Below are positions 1 to 9,879 of a DNA stretch of 48,225 nt, in pieces. This DNA comes from an uncultured archaeon (lineage in GTDB: Archaea; Asgardarchaeota; Hermodarchaeia; Hermodarchaeales; Hermodarchaeaceae): positions 1 to 48,225 of the forward strand of contig CAYFXC010000015.1 in assembly GCA_964347045.1 (NCBI GenBank), written 5' to 3'. Position 1 is the stretch's first letter; each line of letters opens with the position of its first letter. Both the position numbers and the translations under genes were made by a program. The notes below the pieces were generated by a model. It ran no database searches, was not told the origin of the DNA, and saw only the letters and a list, made by a program, of their open reading frames with translations.

Positions 1-992
1 GAAAACTCGCTTTCATAGGTGTAGTCGAATGTAACAGGCCACGTGGTGCTGACATCAAAAAGAACGGTTTTGCTGCTAGGGGTAAATGTGCTGTTCCACC
101 ACCCATCATTTGAAACACCGTTTTGGACACTACTAGTGTTAACTTGCATAGTGATTTGGGAAGGTGCCGGAGTTAAAGTCATAGGAATCAAAGACACGTT
201 CAGGAAAAAATCAACCCCCACATGTTCTGTCCATGGAGAACCTCGCCACGCATATCCACCATCACTGGTTTCAGAATCGAGGCGCCATTTCCACTCAGGA
301 AACGCACCTGGCCATTGCGTGGCGACTGCGAAGAAATGGTTATTATATGTCTGAGAAGTGTCAAGAAAAACTCCGCCTCCCCAAGAAACGTTTTGCCAGC
401 CATCAAAAGAAACGAATTGATCACCGAGATCAAGTAGAACGGGCGTTGAGATTGCTGTGGCTTCAGGCTTGGGGCGTCCACCATCGTTGGTTGCATTATA
501 AATTTCAATCACTAAATCAGTGCCATTTCTTAGATTTCCAATGCTAGCATAAAGCTTGACCATTATACTATACAGATAGCTTGAGTTTGTAACTTGGAAA
601 TTCATCGCACAGGGCAATTGGTCTCTGGATTCAGTTACACTTTCGTTTGTTTCAATGTCCAGAATCAGACCTCCCGCATTAATGTTCGAAAACGTCACGT
701 TTATGTAAGAAACCCAGTTGGGGGGCATGTCGACGGTGAAGTCGTTTGTGTCATTGGTTGGAGTACTACTGGACAATGTCTTGTTATAATAGGCAATGAC
801 GTTTGTTTGGCTCCCCGTACCGATGAAATTTCCAACAGGATTTGCACCATAAGGAGGGGGCGGTGAAGATTCGGCAGTGGGTGCATGTGTAGCTGTAGCG
901 GATGGAGGCTGTTGAGATGGAAATCCGACTAGGATAGGAAGAAGGAGGAGGACGACGATGAGGGCGACTGGTGTCCAAGGACGTCGTGCCAC
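1..992 (-). CDS. Secreted/cell-surface glycoprotein, partial (runs off the left edge)
   Basis: Not in the ORF track. Manual translation from GTG at 992 (GGTGA SD 7 nt upstream) is open for about 330 aa: MARRPWTPVALIVVLLLLPILVGFPSQQPP... It has a signal-like hydrophobic N-terminus, a Pro/Ser/Thr linker and about 11 N-X-S/T sequons. Confidence 0.8.
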   Translation of the reverse strand, partial: MARRPWTPVALIVVLLLLPILVGFPSQQPPSATATHAPTAESSPPPPYGANPVGNFIGTGSQTNVIAYYNKTLSSSTPTNDTNDFTVDMPPNWVSYINVTFSNINAGGLILDIETNESVTESRDQLPCAMNFQVTNSSYLYSIMVKLYASIGNLRNGTDLVIEIYNATNDGGRPKPEATAISTPVLLDLGDQFVSFDGWQNVSWGGGVFLDTSQTYNNHFFAVATQWPGAFPEWKWRLDSETSDGGYAWRGSPWTEHVGVDFFLNVSLIPMTLTPAPSQITMQVNTSSVQNGVSNDGWWNSTFTPSSKTVLFDVSTTWPVTFDYTYESEF

Positions 993-1201
993 CGCAAGTT
1001 CACCAAATAGCGTACTTTCTAACCCGCGTCTTTTATTACGACCGTTGTCGGGGAACTTTTAGTTCTTTCTTTAGAAACTTGCTTTGCTAAAGGGGTCTGC
1101 GGTTTTCTCATCTGTCAGAGGGGAATTTAGTCGGTGTTATTGCAGAGGCACAGCTAAATAGTCTTTGAAGAGAAAATGTTGGTGTTCAGAAGGGATATCT
1201 A

Positions 1202-1543
1202 ATGATCACTTTTGATGAATTCAAGAAACTCGACTTTCGCGTCGCGACCGTGACGAAATCCGAACAAGTGCCCGGAACCAAGAATTTGCTCAAACTCCAA
1301 ATAGATCTTGGGGAATTGGGCACCCGTCAAATTGTTACTGGTTTAGCCCAATATTATCCAGCAGAATCGCTGGTTGGCCGGCAACTTATCATATTAGTGA
1401 ACCTCAAGCCCGCGGTTTTTCGTGGTGAGAGATCTGAAGGAATGCTTTTAGCAGCTGAAGTGGGCAAACAAGAGGACCCTGAATACCAGGTGGTATTAGT
1501 CATTCCAGAAAAGGAATTACCGCCAGGAACTCCGGTGCATTAA
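1202..1543 (+). CDS. tRNA-binding OB-fold protein (Trbp111/CsaA/MetRS C-terminal-like)
   Basis: ITFDEFKKLDFRV, RQIVTGLAQYY, VNLKP, SEGMLLAA motifs. Confidence 0.9.
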   Translation: MITFDEFKKLDFRVATVTKSEQVPGTKNLLKLQIDLGELGTRQIVTGLAQYYPAESLVGRQLIILVNLKPAVFRGERSEGMLLAAEVGKQEDPEYQVVLVIPEKELPPGTPVH

Positions 1544-1558
1544 ATCGGTTTAACGATG

Positions 1559-2311
1559 CTAAACGAACATCCCACCGGCACCCCGATCATTTTCCCGTTC
1601 TTGCTGGCGTGCAAGCAGTTGTTTGATTTCTTGCTCAATAGCTTCCGCATCCGCCATGAGCTCTTCCGTGTTTATATCAAGGTCATACAACTCGTTGAAT
1701 ATGTTAATTGCGACGCTAGCGGCCCGAGGATCAGGGCGCCCGCGTTCCGCATACGGCAAAATTGCCACGGCGGGAAACTCACGAATCTCAAAATTAGCTA
1801 ACAGGAGGGCTAAGGGACCATATATTCCTCGCCCCTCCTCAAGGACTGGTAATTTAAATTTTTGAGCGGTTTCTCGATACGCAGAAGTGAAAGCGCTGCG
1901 ATAACGGACGTCATCTTCAGCGAATTGCATATCCAACCCTCCAAGCAGTAAGGCCTCTTTAAATTCCATATCAACACACCAATTGGCAACGGTCTCAGTA
2001 AAAGGTGCCCATTCTGCGCGGTGGGGCTGGAGTCGAGCGAATAGGAGGATGAAGCGATCGCCGTACTCGTAAATTTCGATGGGCATCAGGAGGCGGTTGC
2101 CACCGATGAAAACATGGGGAGGAACCAACGGGCTCATAATACATCCTATTGGTCGTGCAGCTTCTTGACCTGCTAAATGACGTAGCACAATGTATCCAGT
2201 TTCACCTAACGCACTATGAAATCCAGTAACCAAAATTTTTCCTTTCATTTTCACATCTGGTTCCTGTAAGATAATTTGAATTTCTTCAGAGTATTCCATT
2301 TTCTTCACCAC
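1559..2311 (-). CDS. PAC2 family proteasome assembly chaperone
   Basis: TGFH..GETG, GPLALLL, PDPRAA, 'INTEELMADAEAIE', C-terminal GMFV. Confidence 0.85.
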   Translation of the reverse strand: MVKKMEYSEEIQIILQEPDVKMKGKILVTGFHSALGETGYIVLRHLAGQEAARPIGCIMSPLVPPHVFIGGNRLLMPIEIYEYGDRFILLFARLQPHRAEWAPFTETVANWCVDMEFKEALLLGGLDMQFAEDDVRYRSAFTSAYRETAQKFKLPVLEEGRGIYGPLALLLANFEIREFPAVAILPYAERGRPDPRAASVAINIFNELYDLDINTEELMADAEAIEQEIKQLLARQQERENDRGAGGMFV

Positions 2312-2490
2312 ATTTTCATGCTAGCTGTAGCAGAATTTTTGATGGTTTTAAATTTTCTTCCCCGATTAGAGAAAATCCAGTCCTCCAACCTTTGACTACT
2401 TACTTCGAAATACATTTATGTGTAGGTTCAAATGCGTGAACATAATCCCGCCAAGACACCTACGTTAAGGCGCAGGGGACTCGTAACAGG

Positions 2491-3753
2491 TTGACCGAAC
2501 TCCATTTTCTGGGTGGCTGTAAAACCATAGGTAGTTCTGCCTATCTCGTAAAAGAAAACGATACATCTATTCTATGCGATTTTGGTGTCTCGTTCAACGG
2601 AAATCCAAGCTTCCCCCAGCTTAGCCGACCAACTAATCTTTTTGTTGCTCTCAGTCATGCACATTTAGATCACAGCGGTGGACTACCCTTACTTTTTGCC
2701 AGTGGATCCGCTCCTGTTTACATGACAGCAATAACGCGAGATTTGATTAAGATACTCCTTAAGGATATGATTCGTTTAAGCACGTATTTCCTTCCTTATG
2801 AAAAGGAAGAATTGGATCGGTTAATGCGGCGCATACGAATTGTGAATTACAAAGAGCCGATTGAAGTTAAAAAAGACCTTACTCTCACATTCCATGATGC
2901 AGGGCATATTCCAGGCAGTGCTGCAATTCAGGTTCAGACTCCTAATCATGATATCCTATATACGGGGGACATTAACACCATTGATACACAATTGCTCAAA
3001 GCTGCACGCATCCCCCAAAAGTCGCCAGATACCCTCCTATTAGAAAGCACCTATGCCCTTACTGCACATGAGGAACGACACACTATCGAAAAAAATTTCA
3101 TTCACAAAGCTGAGGAAACAATCGAAAATGGAGGAACTGTGCTTGTTCCTGCATTTGCAGTGGCACGAACCCAAGAAATCCTTTGCGTCCTAACCAAACA
3201 CAAAGCACCCTTTCCCATTTACATGGATGGAATGGCTCGTGATGCCTCACGAATCTTCCTTCGACATCCTAACTTTTTCAGAAATTACAAACTCTTGAAA
3301 AGGGCATTAGGAAACACTCAATGGATTCAAAGTCGGAAACAACGCGAAGGACTCACCAAGAACCCTGGATTGATTGTTGCACCAGCAGGCATGCTCAGTG
3401 GTGGCACCGCCGCCCAGTATCTAGGTGAAATCATGCATGATCCCAAAAATGCTGTCCTACTTGTAGGATATCAAATTCCAGGAACGCCTGGACGTGACCT
3501 GCTTGAAAACGGCTTCTTCGACGACGGCGACGGGTTAAAGCGTGTCAAAGCTAAATTCCAACTTTTTGATTTCTCGTCCCATGCTGGTCAACGCCAGTTA
3601 TTGGAACTTGGCAACGCGTTTCCCAATCTTGAAAATCTCTTTGCAGTTCATGGAGAAGCTGACGCCGTTGAATATTTAGCGAAGACATTGCACAAATCGA
3701 ATGGCATAAATGCCCATGTTGCCGAGACTGGGCAACGAATTGAACTTCCTTAG
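2491..3753 (+). CDS. beta-CASP metallo-beta-lactamase ribonuclease (aCPSF2-like)
   Basis: HAHLDHSG, AGHIPGS, YTGD, ESTY, FSSHAG, VHGE; no N-terminal KH domains. Confidence 0.9.
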   Translation: MTELHFLGGCKTIGSSAYLVKENDTSILCDFGVSFNGNPSFPQLSRPTNLFVALSHAHLDHSGGLPLLFASGSAPVYMTAITRDLIKILLKDMIRLSTYFLPYEKEELDRLMRRIRIVNYKEPIEVKKDLTLTFHDAGHIPGSAAIQVQTPNHDILYTGDINTIDTQLLKAARIPQKSPDTLLLESTYALTAHEERHTIEKNFIHKAEETIENGGTVLVPAFAVARTQEILCVLTKHKAPFPIYMDGMARDASRIFLRHPNFFRNYKLLKRALGNTQWIQSRKQREGLTKNPGLIVAPAGMLSGGTAAQYLGEIMHDPKNAVLLVGYQIPGTPGRDLLENGFFDDGDGLKRVKAKFQLFDFSSHAGQRQLLELGNAFPNLENLFAVHGEADAVEYLAKTLHKSNGINAHVAETGQRIELP

Positions 3754-3756
3754 TAC

Positions 3757-4647
3757 ATGGTGAAATATATCATGGCTGATGAGCTGCCAGTAATTTCAGG
3801 AGATCGCAGCACTATACTTACGAACCTACTCACATCAATGATAGTTGCCGCTTTACTTGGTATAATCGTCTTTCTTTCTGGCTTGCGTCTATATGCCGAA
3901 CCCATTCCTGAATCAGAATTTGGATTCTTTGCGGCTATTGGCAATGCAATTCTTTTTGTCGTTCTGGCTACCGTTGGTGCAACGCTAGTCGTTTTGCTCT
4001 TAAAATATGGGCGCGAAAAATTTCTTCGCTATCTTCTAATTGGTGCTTTTGGATTCATCAGTATTGTAGTGACTCTATATTTTGGATATATGTACGTGAT
4101 TGTATTCCAATTCATTGACCCCGTTTTAGCCTCTTTGATACTTTTCGCGTTAACAATGACCTTTGGTCTCGCATTCATTACGGTAGGTGCAGATAATCGA
4201 ATGAAAAATGGGGGGTTACTTATCTTTGGTGCGGCTATCGGAGCATTTCTTGGGGTAGTACTCCCCGTATGGACCAGTGTTCTGCTGCTTATCGGATTAG
4301 CTATCTACGATTATATATCCGTGAAGCGTGGGCCCATTCGAAAAATCGTCGAACTAACAGAAGATGATCCTGACAAGCTCGGTGCATTGGCGGTTTCAAC
4401 GGCAGAATGGGATATTGGTCTGGGCGATGTGGCTTTCTATGGAATGATGACAGTTCTCGCGCTGGTCAATTTTGGCTTCCTTCCTGCTATCCTAGCAGTA
4501 ATCGGTATCATTGCGGGTTTCCTCATTACACTCAAATTGCTAGAAAAACGAGGAATTATGCCTGGTCTTCCCGCTCCTGTAGCCCTAGGTCTTTTAGGAA
4601 TGACAATTGGCTTTCTAGTTCGTTGGGTGCTTCCGTTCATTCCCTAA
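3757..4647 (+). CDS. Presenilin-family (A22, GxGD) intramembrane aspartyl protease
   Basis: Multi-TM protein with YD and GLGD catalytic motifs and a PGLP (PAL-like) motif. Confidence 0.9.
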   Translation: MVKYIMADELPVISGDRSTILTNLLTSMIVAALLGIIVFLSGLRLYAEPIPESEFGFFAAIGNAILFVVLATVGATLVVLLLKYGREKFLRYLLIGAFGFISIVVTLYFGYMYVIVFQFIDPVLASLILFALTMTFGLAFITVGADNRMKNGGLLIFGAAIGAFLGVVLPVWTSVLLLIGLAIYDYISVKRGPIRKIVELTEDDPDKLGALAVSTAEWDIGLGDVAFYGMMTVLALVNFGFLPAILAVIGIIAGFLITLKLLEKRGIMPGLPAPVALGLLGMTIGFLVRWVLPFIP

Positions 4648-4677
4648 GACAGATAGCACCTAGTAAACCAAAAGGGC

Positions 4678-4872
4678 TTAGACATCAACAACGGGAAGCT
4701 TCATACCCGCTAGTAACCGTTCGGCGGTCCCAGGATCGCACACGTAGGTATAAAGATAACTTGGTGTGCGTAGCTTTAGTTTCACGGAATCTCGAAGCCG
4801 TTTTACACGAACTTCACTGGCTCGTTCAACGATTTCGAGGAATTCTTCTTCACTTTGAATTTCACGAGGCAT
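4678..4872 (-). CDS. rpl38e: Ribosomal protein eL38
   Basis: MPREI..EEFLEI, VKLKLRTPSYLYTY. Confidence 0.88.
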   Translation of the reverse strand: MPREIQSEEEFLEIVERASEVRVKRLRDSVKLKLRTPSYLYTYVCDPGTAERLLAGMKLPVVDV

Positions 4873-4974
4873 CAGAAATCACCTTTGGGTTTTGGCTACG
4901 AGGCAGAATCACAACTTAAAAGCATTGTGATAACCCTGACCATCTGATAGCTTGTCCAATTCACCGCTACAGAG

Positions 4975-5082
4975 TGGTGGGCCGGGCGTGAATTGAACAC
5001 GCGACCTCCGCCGTTTCCTCGCATCCAGCCTTTCAAGGCTTAATCCTGTGAGAGCGGCGTCATACCACTAGACTACCGGCCC
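4975..5082 (-). tRNA. tRNA-Val(CAC) with a 33-nt intron (about 5015-5047), encoded CCA
   Basis: GGGCCGG/CCGGCCC acceptor stem + ACCA; D arm GTC/GAC; anticodon stem CCGCT/GGCGG with loop CT-CAC-AC after splicing; T arm GCGTG-TTCAATT-CACGC. Confidence 0.92.
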
Positions 5083-5096
5083 TACGGGGTGTACGA

Positions 5097-5258
5097 CTAC
5101 CTTGAGAGCTCACGTCGTTTGGGTCGTAGGTTCTTGCGGCGGCAGCGACGACACTTTGTTGCCTTAAAGGGGTTTTTGGCTCCACAATCACGACAAATGG
5201 TGACATAGAGAAGATGGCGTAGTGCAATACGGCGTTTTTCGGGATCAGCGACAGGCAT
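5097..5258 (-). CDS. rpl40e: Ribosomal protein eL40 (stand-alone, no ubiquitin fusion)
   Basis: Below the ORF-track cutoff. Manual translation: MPVADPEKRRIALRHLLYVTICRDCGAKNPFKATKCRRCRRKNLRPKRRELSR. Confidence 0.93.
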   Translation of the reverse strand: MPVADPEKRRIALRHLLYVTICRDCGAKNPFKATKCRRCRRKNLRPKRRELSR

Positions 5259-5316
5259 CGTATTCACCTATTGGGGGTGCGGATTCCTTTGGTTCCTTAA
5301 AAGGATATCGCGATGA

Positions 5317-6192
5317 TTAGAGGATTTTTTGAAGTGTCTCAACAACGTCAATAGGGCGATCTATGACGGTAACCCCTGCTTTCCGTAAGGCTTTGATTTT
5401 TCCATCGGCGGTTCCTGTTTTACCACTAACGATGGCACCTGCATGTCCCATACGTTTTCCTTTGGGGGCAGTTCGACCTGCGATATATGCAACTACTGGT
5501 TTTGAGATGTGTTTTTTAATGTATTCTGCAGCTTCCTCTTCCGCACTGCCACCAATTTCTCCGATAAGGACCGTTGCATCAGTACCTTTGTCTTCTTCAA
5601 AGAGTTTGAGGGCATCCACAAACGACATACCAACAATTGGATCTCCTCCCAGCCCAATAGCTGTTGATTGACCAATACCAGCCCCTGTAAGGCTTGCAGC
5701 AACTTCGTAGGTGAGTGTCCCACTACGAGATATCAGGCCGACTCGCCCCGGTTTAAAGATATGAGCAGGCATAATTCCAAGTTTACATTGACCTGGTGAA
5801 ATTATCCCAGGAGTATTTGGTCCAATGATATAACTTCCTTGTTGGCGACCAAGTTCAATGAATCGCATCTCATCATGTACAGGAATGTGCTCGGTTATCA
5901 CAGTGACAATAGCGAGACCCGCATCTAACGCTTCGGAAGCTGCATCTGCTGCAAATCGAGCGGGAACAAAAATAATCGATGCATTGAGCTCGGGGAATCG
6001 TTGTTTAGCTTCAACCACACTATCAAAAACTGGAAGTCCTTCGATTTTTTGTCCGCCTTTTCCAGGCGTTGTACCCGCAAGCACAGTTGATCCATATTCA
6101 AGCATAGCTTGTGTGTGAAAATGCCCTTCTCGGCCGGTAATTCCTTGGACGAGAATCTTTGTATTCTTGTTAATCAAAATAGTCATAATCAA
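5317..6192 (-). CDS. sucD: Succinyl-CoA synthetase alpha subunit
   Basis: QGITG, GPNTPG, SRSGTL, MGHAGA phospho-His motif. Confidence 0.96.
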   Translation of the reverse strand: MIMTILINKNTKILVQGITGREGHFHTQAMLEYGSTVLAGTTPGKGGQKIEGLPVFDSVVEAKQRFPELNASIIFVPARFAADAASEALDAGLAIVTVITEHIPVHDEMRFIELGRQQGSYIIGPNTPGIISPGQCKLGIMPAHIFKPGRVGLISRSGTLTYEVAASLTGAGIGQSTAIGLGGDPIVGMSFVDALKLFEEDKGTDATVLIGEIGGSAEEEAAEYIKKHISKPVVAYIAGRTAPKGKRMGHAGAIVSGKTGTADGKIKALRKAGVTVIDRPIDVVETLQKIL

Positions 6193-7334
6193 TCTCCTTT
6201 CGGTGCCTGTTCAACTACGCGTTTTGCTGCTTCATCCATGGAACCTAAGAATGGCATGTTCGCGGCTTCTAAAATCGCCGCCCCCTCCTTTTCGCGTGTG
6301 CCAATCATTCGAATCACAATTGGTATATCCCCGGGAAATTTTTTCTGGGCTTCCACAATGCCACGAGCCATTTCATCACATCGTGTAATCCCTCCCAGAA
6401 TATTGACGAAAACCGCTTTCACAGCCGGATGCGATAGCACGATGTTCAGAGCCTGCCTCATCCGTTCAGCAGAAGCGCCACCCCCAACATCAAGAAAGTT
6501 CGCTGGCTTTCCACCATAATACATGACAGCATCCATTGTGGCCATCACTAAACCGGCGCCGTTACCAATTATCCCAATGTTGCCATCCAATTCCACATAG
6601 GTCATACCCTGTTCTTGTGCACGTTGTTCAAGCTCGGTTTGCTCTGAGATTCCTGAACTGACTCTTTCAGCGAGCGATTTATGGCGGTACAAAGAATTAT
6701 CATCCACATTCAACCGTGCATCGGCTGCAATGTATTCTCCCTCAGTTGTTTTAATGAGTGGATTAATTTCTGTTAGTTCCGCATCACTTCGGATAAACAC
6801 TTGCCAAAGCTTGAGCAATAGCCCTGCAACCGTCACCATAGCTTTTCCTTCAAACCCCGCGTTCTTGGCAATATTTCGCGCTTCAAAATCACGAAGCCCT
6901 AATATTGGATCAACCCAGAATCGAGCGATTTTTTCAGGGTGTTCTTCAGCGACTTGTTCAATATCAACACCACCCATCGAACTGCAAATGGCTACAGGGC
7001 GACGTCGGGCCCGATCAATTGTAATGCCCAGATAGATTTCCTGTTGAATATCAAGGCGTTGCTCAACCAATACCCGTTGAACTGGATAATCATGAATTCT
7101 TAGTTTTAATAGCTCCGCGGCTATCGCCTTTGCCTCTTGGGCAGTATTTGCAAACTTGATTCCCCCGGCTTTTCCCCGACCTCCCGCTAGAACCTGGGCT
7201 TTTATAACAACTGGACCTCCCAGCTGTTTTGTAATTTTGGCGACTTCATCAGCCGTAGTTGCCAGTCCTGAGGGTGGAAGAGGCAAACCTACTTGGCGAA
7301 ACGCCTCCTTTGCTTCATACTCAAAAAGCCGCAT
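6189..7334 (-). CDS. sucC: Succinyl-CoA synthetase beta subunit
   Basis: KAQVLAGGRGKAGG, EINPL, NGAGLVMATMD, ANFLDVGGGA. Confidence 0.96.
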   Translation of the reverse strand: MRLFEYEAKEAFRQVGLPLPPSGLATTADEVAKITKQLGGPVVIKAQVLAGGRGKAGGIKFANTAQEAKAIAAELLKLRIHDYPVQRVLVEQRLDIQQEIYLGITIDRARRRPVAICSSMGGVDIEQVAEEHPEKIARFWVDPILGLRDFEARNIAKNAGFEGKAMVTVAGLLLKLWQVFIRSDAELTEINPLIKTTEGEYIAADARLNVDDNSLYRHKSLAERVSSGISEQTELEQRAQEQGMTYVELDGNIGIIGNGAGLVMATMDAVMYYGGKPANFLDVGGGASAERMRQALNIVLSHPAVKAVFVNILGGITRCDEMARGIVEAQKKFPGDIPIVIRMIGTREKEGAAILEAANMPFLGSMDEAAKRVVEQAPKGD

Positions 7335-7346
7335 GAAAAATCACCT

Positions 7347-7847
7347 TTAGCTGCCTTCGGGTGTCCAAGTTGTGAGCACAGTGTGTGTTGAAGTCTCAAC
7401 CACTCCCTCGATTTCAGCAGCACTCGATAGAAACTCTGCTAACTCTGCTCCCCCGACAGCGACCACGATGTCCACTGATCCAGTAACACGGTGAAGGCGA
7501 ATCGGGTTCAATTGTTTAATTTCTTCATACACTTCAACACGGGCCCTCGGTTCAACCCTCAAAAAGACAAGTGCTTCATCTGTGGATTTTCCCAATAAAC
7601 GAAGAGAATCTGGTGATAAATCAATAAATCCGCGACCCGTTCGAATAAGTTTGAGTGCGCGAAGCTTTCGTAAATGGTTACTCAGTGCTTGTCGAGTAAT
7701 CTTTAGTTCCTTCGCTAATTCCGATTGAGTTCGCGTAACTGTTTGCACCGACATCGGGATGCTAGCCTGATACAGTTTTCGTAGAATCTCAAGCTGTCGT
7801 TCTGTCAATCGGACAACTCGGTCAACTAGCTCCAAATTTGTCAACAC
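7347..7847 (-). CDS. Lrp/AsnC-like transcriptional regulator (wHTH + RAM domain)
   Basis: TQSELAKELKITRQALSNHLRKL HTH; VTGSVDIVV...GVVETSTHTVL RAM-like C-terminus; first gene of the sucCD run. Confidence 0.8.
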   Translation of the reverse strand: MLTNLELVDRVVRLTERQLEILRKLYQASIPMSVQTVTRTQSELAKELKITRQALSNHLRKLRALKLIRTGRGFIDLSPDSLRLLGKSTDEALVFLRVEPRARVEVYEEIKQLNPIRLHRVTGSVDIVVAVGGAELAEFLSSAAEIEGVVETSTHTVLTTWTPEGS

Positions 7848-8039
7848 CTGCTAAAATGGGGTATTTGAGGAGTATGAACATTGCCTTTTCAGCGTTGTTC
7901 TTGTGTAAAGTAAATCGCACAAATATGACAAGGGCATCCATCGTCAGTAGGATGGGAACGTTTTTTAACCTTCCAGCATTAGCCCTCTCAATGAATCTCT
8001 CCTTTCACCAAATAAAGATTAGAAGTAGAAGGCTTAACT

Positions 8040-8549
8040 GTGAACTCTCCGCTCTGTGAAATTTGTATGAAAAATTATCCACTCATCTGTGGCAACTGTC
8101 AAGAAAAAATCGAAGAAGGAAAAATTACCGAACTCGATGTAAAGGTAGCCCGAGCGCTCGCTAGTTTAGAAGATCTTTTTCCTTCGATTAAAAACGTCAC
8201 ATTCAAACGAGTCTACCCAATTAATGAAGTTCTCATCGTTTTAGTCGGTAAAGGAGATGTACGGAGAATTCTAGGTTCGGGCCGTCGTGTCCTTCGCCAA
8301 TTGGAAGAAGAACTCAACGCCAAGGTTCGAATTGTCGAAGAAAGTCGCAACCCCCAGGATATTCTGAGGGATCTTATCCGACCTGTTAAAATTCTTGGAG
8401 TCAACACCATTTGGCTTCCTGACAACAGTTTCGAACGTATTATCCGCATAAGTGAAAGAGAACGAGAGAATATTCCTCTTTCACTGAAACAGTTAGAAAA
8501 CGCGATATATGAGATGACCAGCGAACGGATTCGAATCGTATTTGATTAA
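8040..8549 (+). CDS. NusA-like protein (N-terminal CxxC...CxxC, degenerate KH)
   Basis: PLCEIC..LICGNC, KVRIVEE, GVNTIWLPD. Confidence 0.8.
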   Translation: MNSPLCEICMKNYPLICGNCQEKIEEGKITELDVKVARALASLEDLFPSIKNVTFKRVYPINEVLIVLVGKGDVRRILGSGRRVLRQLEEELNAKVRIVEESRNPQDILRDLIRPVKILGVNTIWLPDNSFERIIRISERERENIPLSLKQLENAIYEMTSERIRIVFD

Positions 8550-8563
8550 TACTCAACCCTTTT

Positions 8564-9874
8564 TTATAACTGGGTTGGCATTTCTGGTTTGATAAATTCT
8601 CGCAAAATCACTGATGCATAACTTCCTTTGGCTAATTCGAATTGAATCCGAACTGGAGTATCGCCCTTTTCATCAATCACTGCAATTTTGAAGTCTTTAG
8701 GAGTCACGAGAAGTGCTCGAAACGTACCCCGGGAACTCAAGGCAGGAAGGTCTTTGAGACGAAAATGCCCAGGATTGATGTTCTCTGAGCTCAGAATAGA
8801 ACTAAAGATTTCACCCATGACCCCCTCTATTGGAACATGCTCGAAGTCATAGCCAATAATCGGAATGACCAGTTGATGAGTGCCATTTCGTACCTTTTGC
8901 TGGGCTTGAACTGTGGAACCCTTTAATACCGGACGTACCGCATGTATCTCGCCAGAACGGGGCATCAGAAAATCACCAAAAGTAGGTTCTTGTAGCGAAA
9001 TCGCCCGGTTTGCCCTTTCACTAATTGCTCGATTGAATATGTAAGATTGGTATGCATGAACATAGAGTCGGATTAAATCCTTGGGTAATACTTGTAGACT
9101 CTCTTTGAATTTGCCTGGGTGCTTGTTTAGGTAGTGGGTAATAGCACGTTCGTAAGTTCCCTGTGGCGATTCAGCAAATAACAATGGGCTCTCTTCATCT
9201 CCGTCTGCAAGTTGTTTTTTTTCCAAGAGAACTCGAATCGCTTGCTCATAATTTCCTAGAACAATTTGTTTACCCACAAGATGGGTATTAGGTCGGATAA
9301 CTCCAAAGCGCTGCGGTCCAAAAAAGTTGAGAACACCTTTAGCTTCGACAATCTCTCGGTGAATTTGCTCTCCTCGGTTCTTAGCCTCTTTGGTTCCAAG
9401 TGCAACCTCTCGAACGATTATATCAAACCGATTCCCCATCAAAGCTCCAGGTACAATGGGTTTTGAGACGCGGTGAGGGTGTAAAATCGATAGCTGAGTG
9501 CTATCTCGTCCAATTAGGTCGTGAGGTGCTCCACGATAAGATACACGTTGGGAGGTAATTGCACGGCGGTCTTTCATCCCAGCATATGAGAAGCGCTTGT
9601 AACTAACGCCCATTGACTTACTTAGTTGGCGTATTGCCTGAATCGAGTCAATATTTTGTTTTACTAGAAAAAACATGGTAAATTTTCCGGGTGTGTCTTC
9701 ATATTTCTCATCAGAGGCTTCAAGTGGAGCAATTAATCCATCTACCCCAATTTCTTGAACAACAAAATCCTTTGGTGTTTTTCTGAGTCGCCCCCCAATA
9801 CCCTCAGACTGTGTTGAAAACGCGTTCATTCCAATAAAAGCATCAAATTCTTGGGATTTCACAAAATCCACCAT
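8564..9874 (-). CDS. truD: tRNA pseudouridine(13) synthase TruD/Pus7
   Basis: DFVVQE, AGMKDRRAITSQ (catalytic Asp), GNRF, NFFGPQRFG, AYQSYIFN, GSYA. Confidence 0.95.
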   Translation of the reverse strand: MVDFVKSQEFDAFIGMNAFSTQSEGIGGRLRKTPKDFVVQEIGVDGLIAPLEASDEKYEDTPGKFTMFFLVKQNIDSIQAIRQLSKSMGVSYKRFSYAGMKDRRAITSQRVSYRGAPHDLIGRDSTQLSILHPHRVSKPIVPGALMGNRFDIIVREVALGTKEAKNRGEQIHREIVEAKGVLNFFGPQRFGVIRPNTHLVGKQIVLGNYEQAIRVLLEKKQLADGDEESPLLFAESPQGTYERAITHYLNKHPGKFKESLQVLPKDLIRLYVHAYQSYIFNRAISERANRAISLQEPTFGDFLMPRSGEIHAVRPVLKGSTVQAQQKVRNGTHQLVIPIIGYDFEHVPIEGVMGEIFSSILSSENINPGHFRLKDLPALSSRGTFRALLVTPKDFKIAVIDEKGDTPVRIQFELAKGSYASVILREFIKPEMPTQL

Positions 9875-9879
9875 ACACT

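Noticed and set aside
43-978. Short ORFs listed in the first kilobase
   Set aside because: Shadow frames of the long minus-strand surface-protein CDS.
2421-2463. Hairpin GTAGGT/ACCTAC in the leader of the beta-CASP gene
   Set aside because: A single short stem with no recognisable motif; could be chance.
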